DNA from: Prasinococcaceae sp. CCMP 1430
Taxonomy: Eukaryota > Plantae > Prasinodermophyta
Assembly (NCBI GenBank): GCA_013416795.1
Contig: RQSC01001207.1
Span: forward strand, 53,366-113,073
Length of the DNA: 59,708 nt
Direction of reading: 5' to 3'
Made by a program: the position numbers and the translations under genes. The first letter of the stretch is position 1; every line of letters begins with the position of its first letter. Under the pieces are notes generated by a model, which worked only from the letters and a program-made list of their open reading frames with translations, was not told where the DNA came from and made no database searches. This document shows positions 19,845 to 32,931 of this stretch, piece after piece.

Positions 19845-22273
19845 ATGGCCGCCGCCAGCGCGCAGGCCGGTGTCACGCGCCCAGGCCTCGCGCAGCTTCA
19901 GTTGCGCGCGTTCGAGCGCGCGCTGCCGTCCCTCCCCGACGGCGACGCGGCTGTGCTGTATGCAGACGCGGGCGCCGCGCGCGCGCTTGGGGCGTGTGCG
20001 CCGTCAGGGGCGCTGCCGTGGCCGGTGCGCGCCCTCGAGCGAGCGCGGCGCGAGGATGCGCCGCTACACCCGCGCGATGCCTGCGAGGATGTCAGCGCCG
20101 GGGCGCTGCACATCGTCGTCGTCGTCACGGCGCTGCTCACTGATGCGCATGCGCGCGTCGTGCGTGCCGCGCGCGCACACGGCGTCCGCGCGGCGTCAGT
20201 GCACGTGCTCACGGCCGTCAGCGATGCGGCGCACGCGGCATGCAGTGCGTGCGCGCTCGGCGCGGGAGGGCTGGCGCTGGCCGAGTACGAGGCGGCATTG
20301 CGGCAGGAGTTACGCATCGAGCAGCCCTCGCTCGTCGTGCTCGTACGACATGCGCCGCTCCCGGCGGCACCGCTCGGCGCCAACGCCTTTGTGTCGGCCC
20401 GTGGCGGCGCTGCTGAGGCGCTGCCGGTCAACGCTGATACCATCGCTCGAGGGCGGGTTCGGGCGTCATCGCCGCACCTGCCGCCCGCAGACGACGGCGC
20501 TGAGCTCGACGACGAAACACTGCCGCCAGCGCTGCCCCTTGTCGCGCACGACCTGGCGTGCGTAGCGACCACTGTGCTCGGCGCACGTGACGTAGAGGCG
20601 TTCGCCGTCGGCAAGGCCGCGCGCGCCGTGGCGCGCGCGATCGGCCCCGCCGTGGCCGCGCTCGCGTCCGAGGGATCCGCACCCTCAACGCTCTCATCGG
20701 CGCTTGAGTCCGCCGCGGCCGCGCGAGCCGCGCCGCGCACCGCAGCGGTGGTCGTTGTAGACCGCACCTGCGACCTCGCCGGTGCGTTGCTACACGGTGA
20801 CTCGTTCGTCGGGCGCGCAGCGCAGGCGCTCGCGCCGGATGCAGAGAGAAGCAGAGCGCGATCCAGCACTGCCGCAGCACTAGCGAGCGCGGGGCCACGG
20901 TGCGCGGAGGGTGCCGCCGCTGTGGAACGCCCTCTGTCGCGCGCGGCGCTCGGCGTGCATGTGTACAAACGCACAGGGGCGGACGACGACGCTGGGGCTT
21001 GGGCTGGGGTGGGCGTGGGATTCGGGCCAGGGGTGGACCTCGCCGAGGACCTGCTAGGCCGCCGAGGACGCGATGCTGCCATGGCATGCCGTAAGGCCAT
21101 GCTAGAAGCCGTGCGCGCGCAGAAGCTCACGCGGCCCTCGCCCGCTCCGGGTGCGAAGCAGTCGCGCTCGGACGCGCTGCGGCAGCTCGCTGACACCCTC
21201 GACGGAGCGCCCGATCCACCGACGCAGCGCGCACTTGGAGGCCTCTCGTCTCTGGCGCGCTGCGCCGCAGAGACGCTCGAGGACCACGCCGCCGCGCGCT
21301 GGGATGCTGCCGCGTCCGCTGAGCGCGTCGCGCTTCTCGCTCTTGCGGAGCCGTCCACGCAATCGGTGGGCGCAGTGCTTGCTGACATGCTCCACGGCGT
21401 GCACAGCGCCAACGGCGCAGATTCTGGGGAAAGGCCGCTGCTTGACCTCATCGATGTGATCACATTGATTGCGGCAGTTGTGCTACTGAAGGTGCGGGAG
21501 TCACCGCGCGCCAAAGCGGGTGAGCGCGCACGCGCACGTGCAAGCGCAGAGGTGCGCCGGGGAGCGCGCGATCGTGAGCACTGACCCGCTTCTCACGGCT
21601 GCCGCTGCTTTGCGCGGGCGCTTCTACTCGCTCCTTCGCGCGCGCGCGTGTACAGCGCCGTGCCGCGGAAGACATGAGCAGGCTGAGCGAAGAGCTTGGG
21701 GCATCTCTTGCGCGCGAGGCGTGCGAGCACGCAGGGCAGGCGGGTGACGCGGGCGGGCACGCTGAGGCCGCCGAGGCCGTTCGCTCAAGCATCTCAGCTC
21801 TGGCGGAGCTCAGCGGTGCCCAGCTTGGACGAATGGAGGGCGCGGGCGGCGAAGTGGTGCCTGCACCGCTGGTGGCTCGCCTAGTAACTGCGGCGATCGC
21901 TCGCGCGGAGCCCGAGCTCGCTGGCGACGCGCGCATCTACAGGGCTCCCGCGGGCCTCGGGGGCGCGCTCATCGGTGGTCTGAGCGGCATCGCAAGCAGC
22001 CTTCGCGGCGGCGGGCTGACGTCAGCTCTGGGCGCCGCGCTTGCGCCTGGTGCTGCTCGCGAGCTGGATGCCGACGTGGTCGTGGTGTACGTCCTCGGCG
22101 GTGTGACGCCATCGGAGATACGTGAGGTTCGCGAGGCCGTCAAAGCGGCCGAGGCGCAGCACGCTCGCGCGGGCGGCACGAGCGGCAGCGACAAGCCTCC
22201 GCCGCGGATCGTGGTGGGTGGCACCCGGCTCATCATGCCGCACGCGCTGATTGCGCAGCTGTGGCAGGCGTGA
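19845..22273 (+). CDS. SCFD2: Sec1-family domain protein SCFD2 / MIP3-like
   Basis: AVLYADAG, LLTDAHARVVR, VVVDRTCDL...HGDS and VVVYVLGGVTPSEIREV...IVVGGTRL. Phase-0 GT-AG intron at 21492-21655 with CTGAC joins the two ORFs. Confidence 0.85.
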
Positions 22274-22444
22274 GCGCTCGCGAGCGCATGATATAAATCC
22301 GTGCAGAGGGGTTGCTGCTTCGTTGCTGTGCGTGTCGACCACGCCACGCAAGCACGGTTCGCACGCGCACGCACGTGCGCGCACGCGCGCACCTGCTGGC
22401 CAAAATTAGCATACTGTACATGGGCAGGGAGCGCGCGGGCGCCC

Positions 22445-22950
22445 TCAGATGCCCTTTAGCCGCCAGTCCGCGCCCGACAGAAACGCCTCCATTTCCTCAT
22501 CTTCCGACTCCGACTCGGACTCGGACCCTCCGCCGATACCCGGCACGTCGGCCGCCGGGCCGCCAGCGGCCGCAGCGGGCGCGCTCGTGGCGGCCTCTGC
22601 CGCACCCCCCACCGCCTTCGCCTGCGCCTGTGCCTTGGCCACCTCTGCTCTGCGCTCCTTGAGCGCGGCGATGCGCTCGGCGTTCACGAAGCGCTCGTAG
22701 CTCTCCTCCTCTTGCAACTCGTCGGCGGCAGCACGCGCGACGGCCTCGCGCGCCGCAGCGGCGTCTGCCTCCCGTCGCTCCTCCTCAGCAGCGGCGGCAA
22801 TCGTCACGCGGGCCTGCTCCTGCTGTTGCTCGTGCCGGGATAACGCGGCGGCGGCGGGTGGCGCGGCCGCGCCAGCCACCGGCAATGCGGCCCCACCCTC
22901 CGCCGCCGCCTCGCCGCCATCAAAACGCACCCGCGAGCCCCCGCCGCACC
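22445..22950 (-). CDS. ZNF830/CCDC16-like C-terminal exon (partial)
   Basis: EESYERFVNAERIAALKERR...ESESESEDEEMEAFLSGADWRLKGI ends in the family-typical acidic-DWR.K tail. A possible first exon MDANARMRAAMR at 23606-23484 ends at a GTAACC donor. No zinc finger is seen. Confidence 0.55.
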
Positions 22951-23872
22951 GCAAAAGGAAAAAAAAAGTCCAAACATTAGGGTCGTACCCGCGCCCCCAA
23001 CCCGCAATGACCCTCGGCGAAAGGGGCGACCAAGGCGGTCATGTCCTGTACTGTACTGTCGTAACCCGGGTCTGAACCCTGATTGGGCGCTCCGCAAAAA
23101 AAAAAAAAAAGCCCCCAAAAATGTGAGAGTCGCGGCCGTGGCCCCGTACGTACCTCGGCGATGCGTCTGGCTGTGGTTAAGGTTACAGTGCAGTACAGCA
23201 TGTGTGAATTAGGGATATGAAAAGGGTTTACACGTGCGTCGTACATGTACATGTGCGGTGTCTCTGCGCGAAGCGACGTGATCAAAAGTAAGGTCAAAGT
23301 GCAGGCGTGGAACGATCGCCGCGCGCTGCGGGGCGCAGGCGCAGTGCCGCCGGTGTGGGTGGGTGTGTCGGGGGCAAAGGGGGGGGGGTGTCGGCGGGGA
23401 CAGGGCCGCAGAGGAGCGCGGGGCGCTCGTCGCGGGGAGGCGCAGGGGCTCGGGAGAGGAGGAGGGGGAAAAAATGGTTACCCGGCGCGGCGGCGCCGTT
23501 CGCTAGGCGCGGCCCGCGCGCGCGGACGCGCCGCGGCGGCCGCAGACTTTGCGCCGCCGCCGCCCGCCGCGCGCATCGCCGCACGCATGCGCGCATTGGC
23601 GTCCATAGCCCTGACCCTATCACCCTATCACGCGCGCGCGCACGCACACAGCCACCTAAGTGCCGCTTCTAGCCTCTCCCGCTGCCTGGCGGGGCAGAGC
23701 GAGCGGAGCGCCCGGCGCGCGCTGACTGGCGCGCGCGGGCCGCGTGGGCTGATCTCACAGCAATTATCCAGCGGCTGCAAGTATCACGACGACAGCAGAG
23801 TGCGCAATAGCTGCACTACTCCGCATGCCGCGCTCCGAGCCCTCTCACGCGCGTGCTACCCGCAGTATGGGC

Positions 23873-25628
23873 CTACACGCCGACGTACACACCGAACACT
23901 TGCTCACTCTTGGCAGCCAGCAGGTCAGACACGTCCGCATCGGCCGTCACGTTCAGCAGAAACACGCGCATGGTCTCCAGGCTCGCCACGGGACGGTCGA
24001 GCGGAACCATATGGCCCGATCCCCGAATTGAGATGAAGCTCACGTTGCCATCAGCCCACGCCATGCGATGCGCCCCCTGCACGCCAGGGTTGGTCTTAAA
24101 AGGCCGCCAGGGCTGAGTGAGAGGAATGCCCGCCTGGGCGAAGTACGGGGTCCATACGTCGTCAAGGGGCACAGTGCTGAGGCCCGATGCATCAATGTCG
24201 CCCTCGTAGATGAGAATCTTCATGCCTTCCTCGATGCCGCGCGAGTATATCGGTCCGACGAAGGGTCTGTCGATGATGTACGTGAATCCCTGGGCGTTGT
24301 CGGCGTTGTTGAACGATGCGTCGAGCGGCACGCTGATGGCCGTGAGCGTCGCGTTGAGCGCAAGGTATTCGCCAATGGCGTTGGCAAGGCACGGCGAGCC
24401 GACGCCGCCGTCCCGGTTGCCTGGAGATGCGCTGCGGACCGCATTCCGGCGCCCGAGTCGGCAGGGAAGGTCTTCCTCTGGGTTGGCGCAGATGAATGGT
24501 TCGGAGTTGTTGGCGTTGAAAGGACTCCCGCCCGGAACACACGCGTTGATCAGGTTGTATACATAGAAGTAGCCAACTTGTTCGGCCATCTCATCGATGA
24601 GTTCCTGACACTGCGCACCGAGGGGCATGACCTCGCCAAACAGCTCGCCCTGGCTGCAGTTCGCCATGATGTTGCGATAGAGCGTCTGGCTGATCTGCCC
24701 ATGGGATCCCATCATGAGAGCGTCATAGTACGGCCCGGGGTTGGTGTTCGGGTACTGGAATGTGCCCACATTGGTCACGTTGATGCACCAGTCGACTGGA
24801 CGGCCTTCCTCTGGCTGGCATCCGGTCCAGCCGTCGCCCACGGCCCAGCCGTTCAGCGTCACGTCCGGGATTGGGTTGTCCATGATCTGCTCCGCAAACA
24901 AGGGGACGTACATGCCTGCGTAGCTCTCTCCGGCCAAATAGAATCGTCGGTTGCGCCACTCCGGGAAGGCATCACTGAAAAAGCTTCCAAAGGCTTCGCG
25001 CGCGCCGGCGGCCACGGTCGAGTCGGACCACGGCCCACAGCTCGTGAGCCCCGCGGACGGCCCCTCGGCCGTGCAGAAGCTGAAGCCCATCGGAGGAGGA
25101 CTGTCAAACGCGCACACCGTGGCGACGTTCACCCACGAGTGCGGATTCGAGGTAGGCGTGGCCACGCCGCTCGCGACGTACTCGTCCGTGTCGAAGCTCG
25201 CGGTGGTCACGAGTAGCGGCCCCCACTCGTTGAGCAGCCCAAAGAGGCTAGAGGCGCCGGGACCGCCGTTGAACCAGAAGACAAGCGGGCGGTCAGCGTG
25301 CGCCTCCCCCGGCGAGGAGGAGGTGCTGCTGGCGTTACCGGACGGCAAGGTGTCCGCGCACCAGTAAAAGTACCTCAAGGCCCCCTTGGTGGGGTCGGGG
25401 GCGTCCCCACCGTCCACGAAGCCCGTCCACATCCTTAGCCCCAGCTCCGCGAGCGGCTTACCGACGCCCGGCAGCTCGGTCACCACCGAGCGGACTGGAT
25501 AGTCATCTCCGGGCCCAGGCGTGGGAGCGCCGACCCCAGAAGGCTGCGCGCCAACCAGCGCTGCGGGCGCCGCGATCGCGGCCAGCAGCGCGGTGCCGGC
25601 GGCGGCAGCGGCGAGCGCCGCGAGTCTC
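23873..25628 (-). CDS. Serine carboxypeptidase-like (peptidase S10), start in gap
   Basis: Hydrophobic signal-like segment at the gap edge; RYFYW, PLVFWFNGGPGASSL, catalytic GESYAG, LIYEGDID, IRGSGHMVP. No intron seen. Confidence 0.93.
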
Positions 25629-26331
25629 NNNNNNNNNNNNNNNNNNNNNNNNNNNNNNNNNNNNNNNNNNNNNNNNNNNNNNNNNNNNNNNNNNNNNNNN
25701 NNNNNNNNNNNNNNNNNNNNNNNNNNNNNNNNNNNNNNNNNNNNNNNNNNNNNNNNNNNNNNNNNNNNNNNNNNNNNNNNNNNNNNNNNNNNNNNNNNNN
25801 NNNNNNNNNNNNNNNNNNNNNNNNNNNNNNNNNNNNNNNNNNNNNNNNNNNNNNNNNNNNNNNNNNNNNNNNNNNNNNNNNNNNNNNNNNNNNNNNNNNN
25901 NNNNNNNNNNNNNNNNNNNNNNNNNNNNNNNNNNNNNNNNNNNNNNNNNNNNNNNNNNNNNNNNNNNNNNNNNNNNNNNNNNNNNNNNNNNNNNNNNNNN
26001 NNNNNNNNNNNNNNNNNNNNNNNNNNNNNNNNNNNNNNNNNNNNNNNNNNNNNNNNNNNNNNNNNNNNNNNNNNNNNNNNNNNNNNNNNNNNNNNNNNNN
26101 NNNNNNNNNNNNNNNNNNNNNNNNNNNNNNNNNNNNNNNNNNNNNNNNNNNNNNNNNNNNNNNNNNNNNNNNNNNNNNNNNNNNNNNNNNNNNNNNNNNN
26201 NNNNNNNNNNNNNNNNNNNNNNNNNNNNNNNNNNNNNNNNNNNNNNNNNNNNNNNNNNNNNNNNNNNNNNNNNNNNNNNNNNNNNNNNNNNNNNNNNNNN
26301 NNNNNNNNNNNNNNNNNNNNNNNNNNNNNNN
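25629..26331. other. Assembly gap (N run)
   Basis: Ns. Other long gaps lie at 27177-28110, 29441-29942 and 58050-58622; single-N joins at 6907, 16167, 35073, 41242 and 52663. Confidence 1.
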
Positions 26332-26575
26332 GCCCACGCGGCATGGCGCAGCTTGGTGCGCCTGGCCGCCCTCGGCGCACTGCGCGCGGTGTGGTGCGCA
26401 GCCCGCGCCGCGGCCCGCACACACCCTCGCCATCACGCGCGCAGCCCAGCTCCGCCCGGCCCGCGCAGTACTTGCCCGCGTGGTACTCCCAGTCCAAGAT
26501 ATTTCGATGCGGTCCGATGCTGACTGCGCAAAACGTACCATCGCGGCCTCTGGCCAACGTGTGTCCGATGCGCAC

Positions 26576-26940
26576 ACGCACGCACGCACGCACACACACA
26601 CACATGCACACACATGCACACACACACTCACACACACACATGCACACACACATGCACACACACACATGCACACATGCACACACACACACATGCACACATG
26701 CACACACACACACACACATGCACACACACATGCACACACACATGCACACATGCACACACACACACACGCATGCACACACATATGCACACATGCACACACA
26801 TGCACACATGCACACACATGCACACACACACACACACATGCACACACATGCACACACACATTAATGTACACACACACACATGCACACACACACACACAGA
26901 CATTTGCACGCGTACACACATGCACACACACACACACACG
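26576..26940. repeat. Compound (CA)n/(CACATG)n microsatellite, about 360 bp
   Basis: Read directly. It produces the spurious HTHT and CVCM ORFs. Confidence 0.97.
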
Positions 26941-28110
26941 CTCATGAGCGCAGGACGCACGCGGACGCTAACCAAGCACCAATGCTGTGGGCTCCCCCCC
27001 CCGCCAGTCAGACTGTCAACACTCGCGCGCGCGCGCAAACGCAGAATGGGCTGCGGGTTCAAAGTTCACGGAGATACGAAATACATGACCACGGGAGAGT
27101 GCGACAGACCACTCCCATCTCTCGCGCGCCGCCGCGGCGGCGGCGGGGCGGGCGCGGCACGGCGCCGCGGGGACGCNNNNNNNNNNNNNNNNNNNNNNNN
27201 NNNNNNNNNNNNNNNNNNNNNNNNNNNNNNNNNNNNNNNNNNNNNNNNNNNNNNNNNNNNNNNNNNNNNNNNNNNNNNNNNNNNNNNNNNNNNNNNNNNN
27301 NNNNNNNNNNNNNNNNNNNNNNNNNNNNNNNNNNNNNNNNNNNNNNNNNNNNNNNNNNNNNNNNNNNNNNNNNNNNNNNNNNNNNNNNNNNNNNNNNNNN
27401 NNNNNNNNNNNNNNNNNNNNNNNNNNNNNNNNNNNNNNNNNNNNNNNNNNNNNNNNNNNNNNNNNNNNNNNNNNNNNNNNNNNNNNNNNNNNNNNNNNNN
27501 NNNNNNNNNNNNNNNNNNNNNNNNNNNNNNNNNNNNNNNNNNNNNNNNNNNNNNNNNNNNNNNNNNNNNNNNNNNNNNNNNNNNNNNNNNNNNNNNNNNN
27601 NNNNNNNNNNNNNNNNNNNNNNNNNNNNNNNNNNNNNNNNNNNNNNNNNNNNNNNNNNNNNNNNNNNNNNNNNNNNNNNNNNNNNNNNNNNNNNNNNNNN
27701 NNNNNNNNNNNNNNNNNNNNNNNNNNNNNNNNNNNNNNNNNNNNNNNNNNNNNNNNNNNNNNNNNNNNNNNNNNNNNNNNNNNNNNNNNNNNNNNNNNNN
27801 NNNNNNNNNNNNNNNNNNNNNNNNNNNNNNNNNNNNNNNNNNNNNNNNNNNNNNNNNNNNNNNNNNNNNNNNNNNNNNNNNNNNNNNNNNNNNNNNNNNN
27901 NNNNNNNNNNNNNNNNNNNNNNNNNNNNNNNNNNNNNNNNNNNNNNNNNNNNNNNNNNNNNNNNNNNNNNNNNNNNNNNNNNNNNNNNNNNNNNNNNNNN
28001 NNNNNNNNNNNNNNNNNNNNNNNNNNNNNNNNNNNNNNNNNNNNNNNNNNNNNNNNNNNNNNNNNNNNNNNNNNNNNNNNNNNNNNNNNNNNNNNNNNNN
28101 NNNNNNNNNN

Positions 28111-28917
28111 CCGCGCGCCCTGCCGCCTCTGCCGGCGGGGCGCGGTGCGGCGGTCACCGTGAGCGCGCACGCGGGTATTTGGATGGCGCCGACGGCGCCG
28201 GGGCCCGGCGGGGGCGTGCTCGACCGGCCGACGGTCGTGCCCGGCCGCGACTCGGAGTTCGACCTCACGCCTGCAAAGAAGAAGAAGAAACCGCGCAACT
28301 ACAGGTGCGTGCGCGCGCAGGCGCGTGCAGGTGCAAGCGCGCGTGTGCACAAGTGTATAGAGCGCGAGAGAGAGTGACTCTGGGAGAACGCCACGCGCGC
28401 GTCAGTGGCTGACGTGCCTGCCAACGCGCCGCCCCGCCGAGCAGGGTCATTCTCCACAACGATGATAACAACAGGCGCGAGTACGTTGTGCAGGTCCTGC
28501 TTAAGGTACGTGCGCGGCGCCGTTGGTGCGGCCGGGCGCGCCCGCAGGGCTGCGCGCTCGTGCGGGAGGTCTTCGGCTTTGAGTTGGCATGTCTTGTGTC
28601 AAGAGACAGACTGGCAGGAGGGCACCGCTTGCGCGCACGCGCACGGACGCGCGCCTTAGACTGGGGTGTGCCGCTCTGTGTGCTGACACGCTTGGACGTG
28701 CGTGCTCTCTTTCTCTCGCGCACGCCCGCGCGATCACGCGCAGGTGATCGACGGCATGACGATGGACGACGCCATCCAAGTCATGTCCGAGGCCCACCAG
28801 TATGGCAAGGCCGTTTGCATCGTGTGCCCGCAACCCGACGCCGAGGGATACTGCGAGTCGCTCCGCTCACAGGGGCTCATCTCGTCCATCGAGCCTGACG
28901 GCGGCAAGGACGACTGA
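28111..28917 (+). CDS. CLPS1: Plastid ClpS1 N-degron adaptor (5' end in gap), 3 visible exons
   Basis: Exons ..28304, 28445-28505 and 28744-28917 splice in phase to GVLDRP...PRNYRVILHNDDNNRREYVVQVLLKVIDGMTMDDAIQVMSEAHQYG...AEGYCESLRSQGLISSIEP. Confidence 0.95.
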
Positions 28918-29942
28918 GCGCGTCGCGCGGTGCTGCGCTCTCCGAGCTCGGACGCCTTGCCAGGCCCGAGGCCACGCGGGATAGCGCAATAATACTGGCG
29001 GGATGCTCTTCGCTGGGAGGCCGGAGGCATTACGCGCGGAGCTCTTGGCGACGCTCGGCGTCGCCCACGCCTCGAGTGGACGCACTGCGCGGAACTACGC
29101 ATGGCAGCGCGCCAGACCCAGCACGAATTTCGTAAGTAGAGCGATGCACTACGGTATGTTGGTGAACAGTCCCCCGTGTCTTGTGCGGGGCGGAGCGCGC
29201 AGCCTGCAGCTCAGCAGTCCAGCCACGCCGCCGCCGAGAGTTTGATCATGCGACTCCATCCCCCTTCTCCCCTAGGCGCGCGCTGCACCATGCCCCCCCC
29301 CCAGCTCTCCGTCCTCCCCTCCCTCCTCTGTCTCTCTCCGTCGCCGCCACTGACGGGCCCGCCGCCTCTCACTCCGGACGCCCGGCGGCTCGCGGCGCGG
29401 CCTCCGCCCGCGCGCCAGGTCCCAGCCGCCACGTCGGCCGNNNNNNNNNNNNNNNNNNNNNNNNNNNNNNNNNNNNNNNNNNNNNNNNNNNNNNNNNNNN
29501 NNNNNNNNNNNNNNNNNNNNNNNNNNNNNNNNNNNNNNNNNNNNNNNNNNNNNNNNNNNNNNNNNNNNNNNNNNNNNNNNNNNNNNNNNNNNNNNNNNNN
29601 NNNNNNNNNNNNNNNNNNNNNNNNNNNNNNNNNNNNNNNNNNNNNNNNNNNNNNNNNNNNNNNNNNNNNNNNNNNNNNNNNNNNNNNNNNNNNNNNNNNN
29701 NNNNNNNNNNNNNNNNNNNNNNNNNNNNNNNNNNNNNNNNNNNNNNNNNNNNNNNNNNNNNNNNNNNNNNNNNNNNNNNNNNNNNNNNNNNNNNNNNNNN
29801 NNNNNNNNNNNNNNNNNNNNNNNNNNNNNNNNNNNNNNNNNNNNNNNNNNNNNNNNNNNNNNNNNNNNNNNNNNNNNNNNNNNNNNNNNNNNNNNNNNNN
29901 NNNNNNNNNNNNNNNNNNNNNNNNNNNNNNNNNNNNNNNNNN

Positions 29943-32812
29943 GCGCGCGCTCGCGTGGCGCAATGGGCGGAGCGGCGGCGCGGCGGAGGGGCGGCGGAGG
30001 AGGAGGAGCGGGAGGCAAAGGCGGAGCCGACGGCGAGGACTGCGCGCCGCGCGGCGCACGGGGACGTGCTCAGCTGCACGCACTGCTGCGGCCCTTCCAG
30101 GACGCCGACGTAGCCGGGGCCCTCGCCGCGCTGCGCGGGCTCGGGGGCGGCGCGGCGGCGCGCGACGCGAGCGGCAGGCTCGCGCTGCATTGCGCAGCCG
30201 CCGCAGCCCTGTCCGCACGACATGTGCGCGTGCTGCAGGCGGTGCTCGGCGCCACGGACGAGGCCCTCGGCGGAGAAGGGCGCGGCGTCGACGAGCGCGA
30301 CGCGGACGGGCTCACGCCGCTGCACTACGCTGCGGGTTTCGGCTGTGCGCCAGGCGTGGCGGCGCTCATGCAGGCGGGAGCGGACGCCAACGCGCGTGAT
30401 GGGCGTGGCCGCTCGCCGCTCGAGGTCGCGCTCGACGCGCTGAAGGAGGCGAGCGGGGCTTCCGCGGGCGGTGGCAGCAATCGTGGGGCTGCCGCCGCGG
30501 GTTCGAGCTTTGGAGCCGGCGGTGGCGCGTCGCGCGCGTCGCTCGCGGCGGCAGCGTCGATGCTCAGCAGGCGAGAGAGCCTCGCCGTGTCGGCGGCCGC
30601 GCGCGGCGACCTGGCCGCGCTCGACGCGCTGCTTGAGCACCAGGGCGCTGGGAATGACGACAAGGGTGGCGTGCTGGCAGGCGCTCTGCACGCATCCGTC
30701 ACCAAGGGCCACCTCGTCGTCGTTGAGAGGCTGCTCGGCGCCGGCGCGTGTGCGCGCACGGTGGTGAACGGTGCGACGCCACTCATGCTGGCGGCGCGAC
30801 ATGCGCGCACGCGCATCGCCCGCGTGCTGCTCGACGCCGGCGCGGACGCCAGCAAGGCCGTGAGCGCGATGACAGCGCTCGTCGCAGCCACCGCGGGGGC
30901 AGACACCAGGGAGGCAGCCGAATGCGTGACCCTTCTGTGCTCCTCGGGAGCCAGCCCCAATGCTGTTGGAGCGGCAGGCGTGGCGGCTCCTCATTGTGCA
31001 GCTGGGCGGGGCAGGCCGCTCATGCTGCGCGCGATGCTGTGCGCCGATGGTGGCGCGGACCCCAACGTGCGCGACGCACGTGGCGCCACGCCTTTGCACC
31101 ACGCCGCGCGCGCGGGGGAAACGCAATGCGCGCGAGTGCTGCTCGAGGCAGGCGCCGACCTGCGCGCTCAGGACCACAAGGGACGCACTGCGCTGGACGA
31201 GGCGCGCGCGCACGCGCACGCGCACGCGCACGCGCAGACGCAGACGCCGCCACAAGCCGGGGAGGACGCATCCCGCGGCGAAGGCCGAGACACGGAGGCA
31301 AGCGAGGCGGGCAGCGCGTCAACGGACGCTGATGCTGCTGGCGTTGAGCGCGTCCCCATTGTGCGGCTGCTCGGCGCACAGTGGGACGCGCTCGAGCGCG
31401 GCGCCGCTGAGAAAGGGCTCGCACTCGTGCTCGAGGAGCTCGACCTCGGTGAGCCGTCGAAGTCGCAGACGCAAGCCCGCGGGTCGCGCGCGTGCTCGAG
31501 CGGACGAGCCGGCGCCGTGGGCAGTCGCGGAGGCAGAGGTGCCCGGCATGCCCGCAATGGCAGCGGTTGGCAGGAGCGCGGCCTTGGTCGTGGACGCGGC
31601 AGACCGAGTGTGTACCTCGCCCCGGGGTCCAGCTCGTCAGCGTCGGCGTCGACCTCCACGTGGCCGTCGCCCTCTCCGCCCGAGGCCGTCACGCCCAGTC
31701 CGCAGCGCAGTGTGAGCCCTCTGCCACGACAGGGAACGCCCGAGCGCAAATCCCCACAAAGCGGCTGCAAGCGCGCTCCTTCGCTCGACCATTGCAATTC
31801 GCGGGACTTGAGCGAGCCTGTCGCAGACGAGACTGGCTCGGAGAGCGGCGGGGTCGACTTGGATGACTCGGCCATGGACAGAGAGGCAGGTGCGGTCGAA
31901 GGCGCGCAAGCCGCGACAAACACTGGGGCAGGTGGTGGTGCTCCCGACGCCTCAGGCGGCAACGACGCCCATGGTGTGCCGGGGGCGACACCCGACGCGA
32001 GTTCCGATTCCCAGCAAGAGCAAGATATCGGAGGCGATTGGCAGACGCGCATGAGCCGGCGGCGGCGCTACCGCGCGTCGAGGCAGGCGCGACACGACAG
32101 CGCGGCGTCCACCGCGTCGGCATCGGACAGCAGCTTGTCGGACCGTGATTCTACCGTGGCCGGGTGTATAGCAACCCCGGGCGTTGGGTCGGTGAACAGG
32201 AAAGGAAAGCAGCACGCTGGGAAAACGCAGAGGCCGCATACGGGCAGTCTGCGCAGCGAGCGAGCACTCGAGGGCGCGAGGGCGCCTGTGGCGCCCCCCA
32301 GCGAAACACCAGGGCCCGCAACACCGCTGTCGCCGCCGCAGCCGCCCCAGCACGCGCTCCAGCCCCCGCAGCTGCCGCACTCGCAGCAGCACCCAGCCAT
32401 CAGTGCCGCGGCTTACCGCGCGCTGATGTCCGAGCTTGCGGCCGTGCGCGCAGAGAATGCGCACCTGCGCGAGATGCTCGAAAGCGCCACGCAGCGCGCG
32501 CGCCTCGCCGAGGAGCGCGCGCAGGCCGCGGGCGAAGCGGTCCTGTATGGAGCCCCTGCCTACTCCCTCTTCGGACCCGGCCCTGCACTGGCGCCTGTGC
32601 GCCCCAACTGGCTGGAGGCGCTGGTCGCTCTCCCCGGCGCGCCCGAGGAGGCGATTGAGGCCCCGTGGTTCAGCAGCGGCGGCGGCGGTGTCAGTGGGGA
32701 CGACGACGGCTGCGGAGATGTTCGCTCAGGGGGCGGCGCTTTCGAGTGCGCGCAGCCAACTCTCACCCGCCAGCCATCCTTGCGGCGCTGTGCCAGCCTG
32801 ACCAGCCTCTGA
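29943..32812 (+). CDS. Ankyrin-repeat protein with long disordered C-terminus and short coiled coil
   Basis: Repeated GLTPLHYAA, GRSPLEVA, GATPLMLAA, GATPLHHAA, GRTALDEA; coiled coil ALMSELAAVRAENAHLREML. The start probably lies in the gap. Confidence 0.85.
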
Positions 32813-32931
32813 CTCCGCCGCGTGAGCGGTGTGATCGCCCGCAGTGCTTGGCGGCTCGGCGCATGCGCGCAACTGTGAGACTGATTGTAACATGTGTTGT
32901 GTTGGTAGAAATGAGATACAAGTACACACTA

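Noticed and set aside
25480-28412. Long ORFs with CVCM/HTHT runs and X stretches
   Set aside because: They translate microsatellites and N gaps, not proteins.
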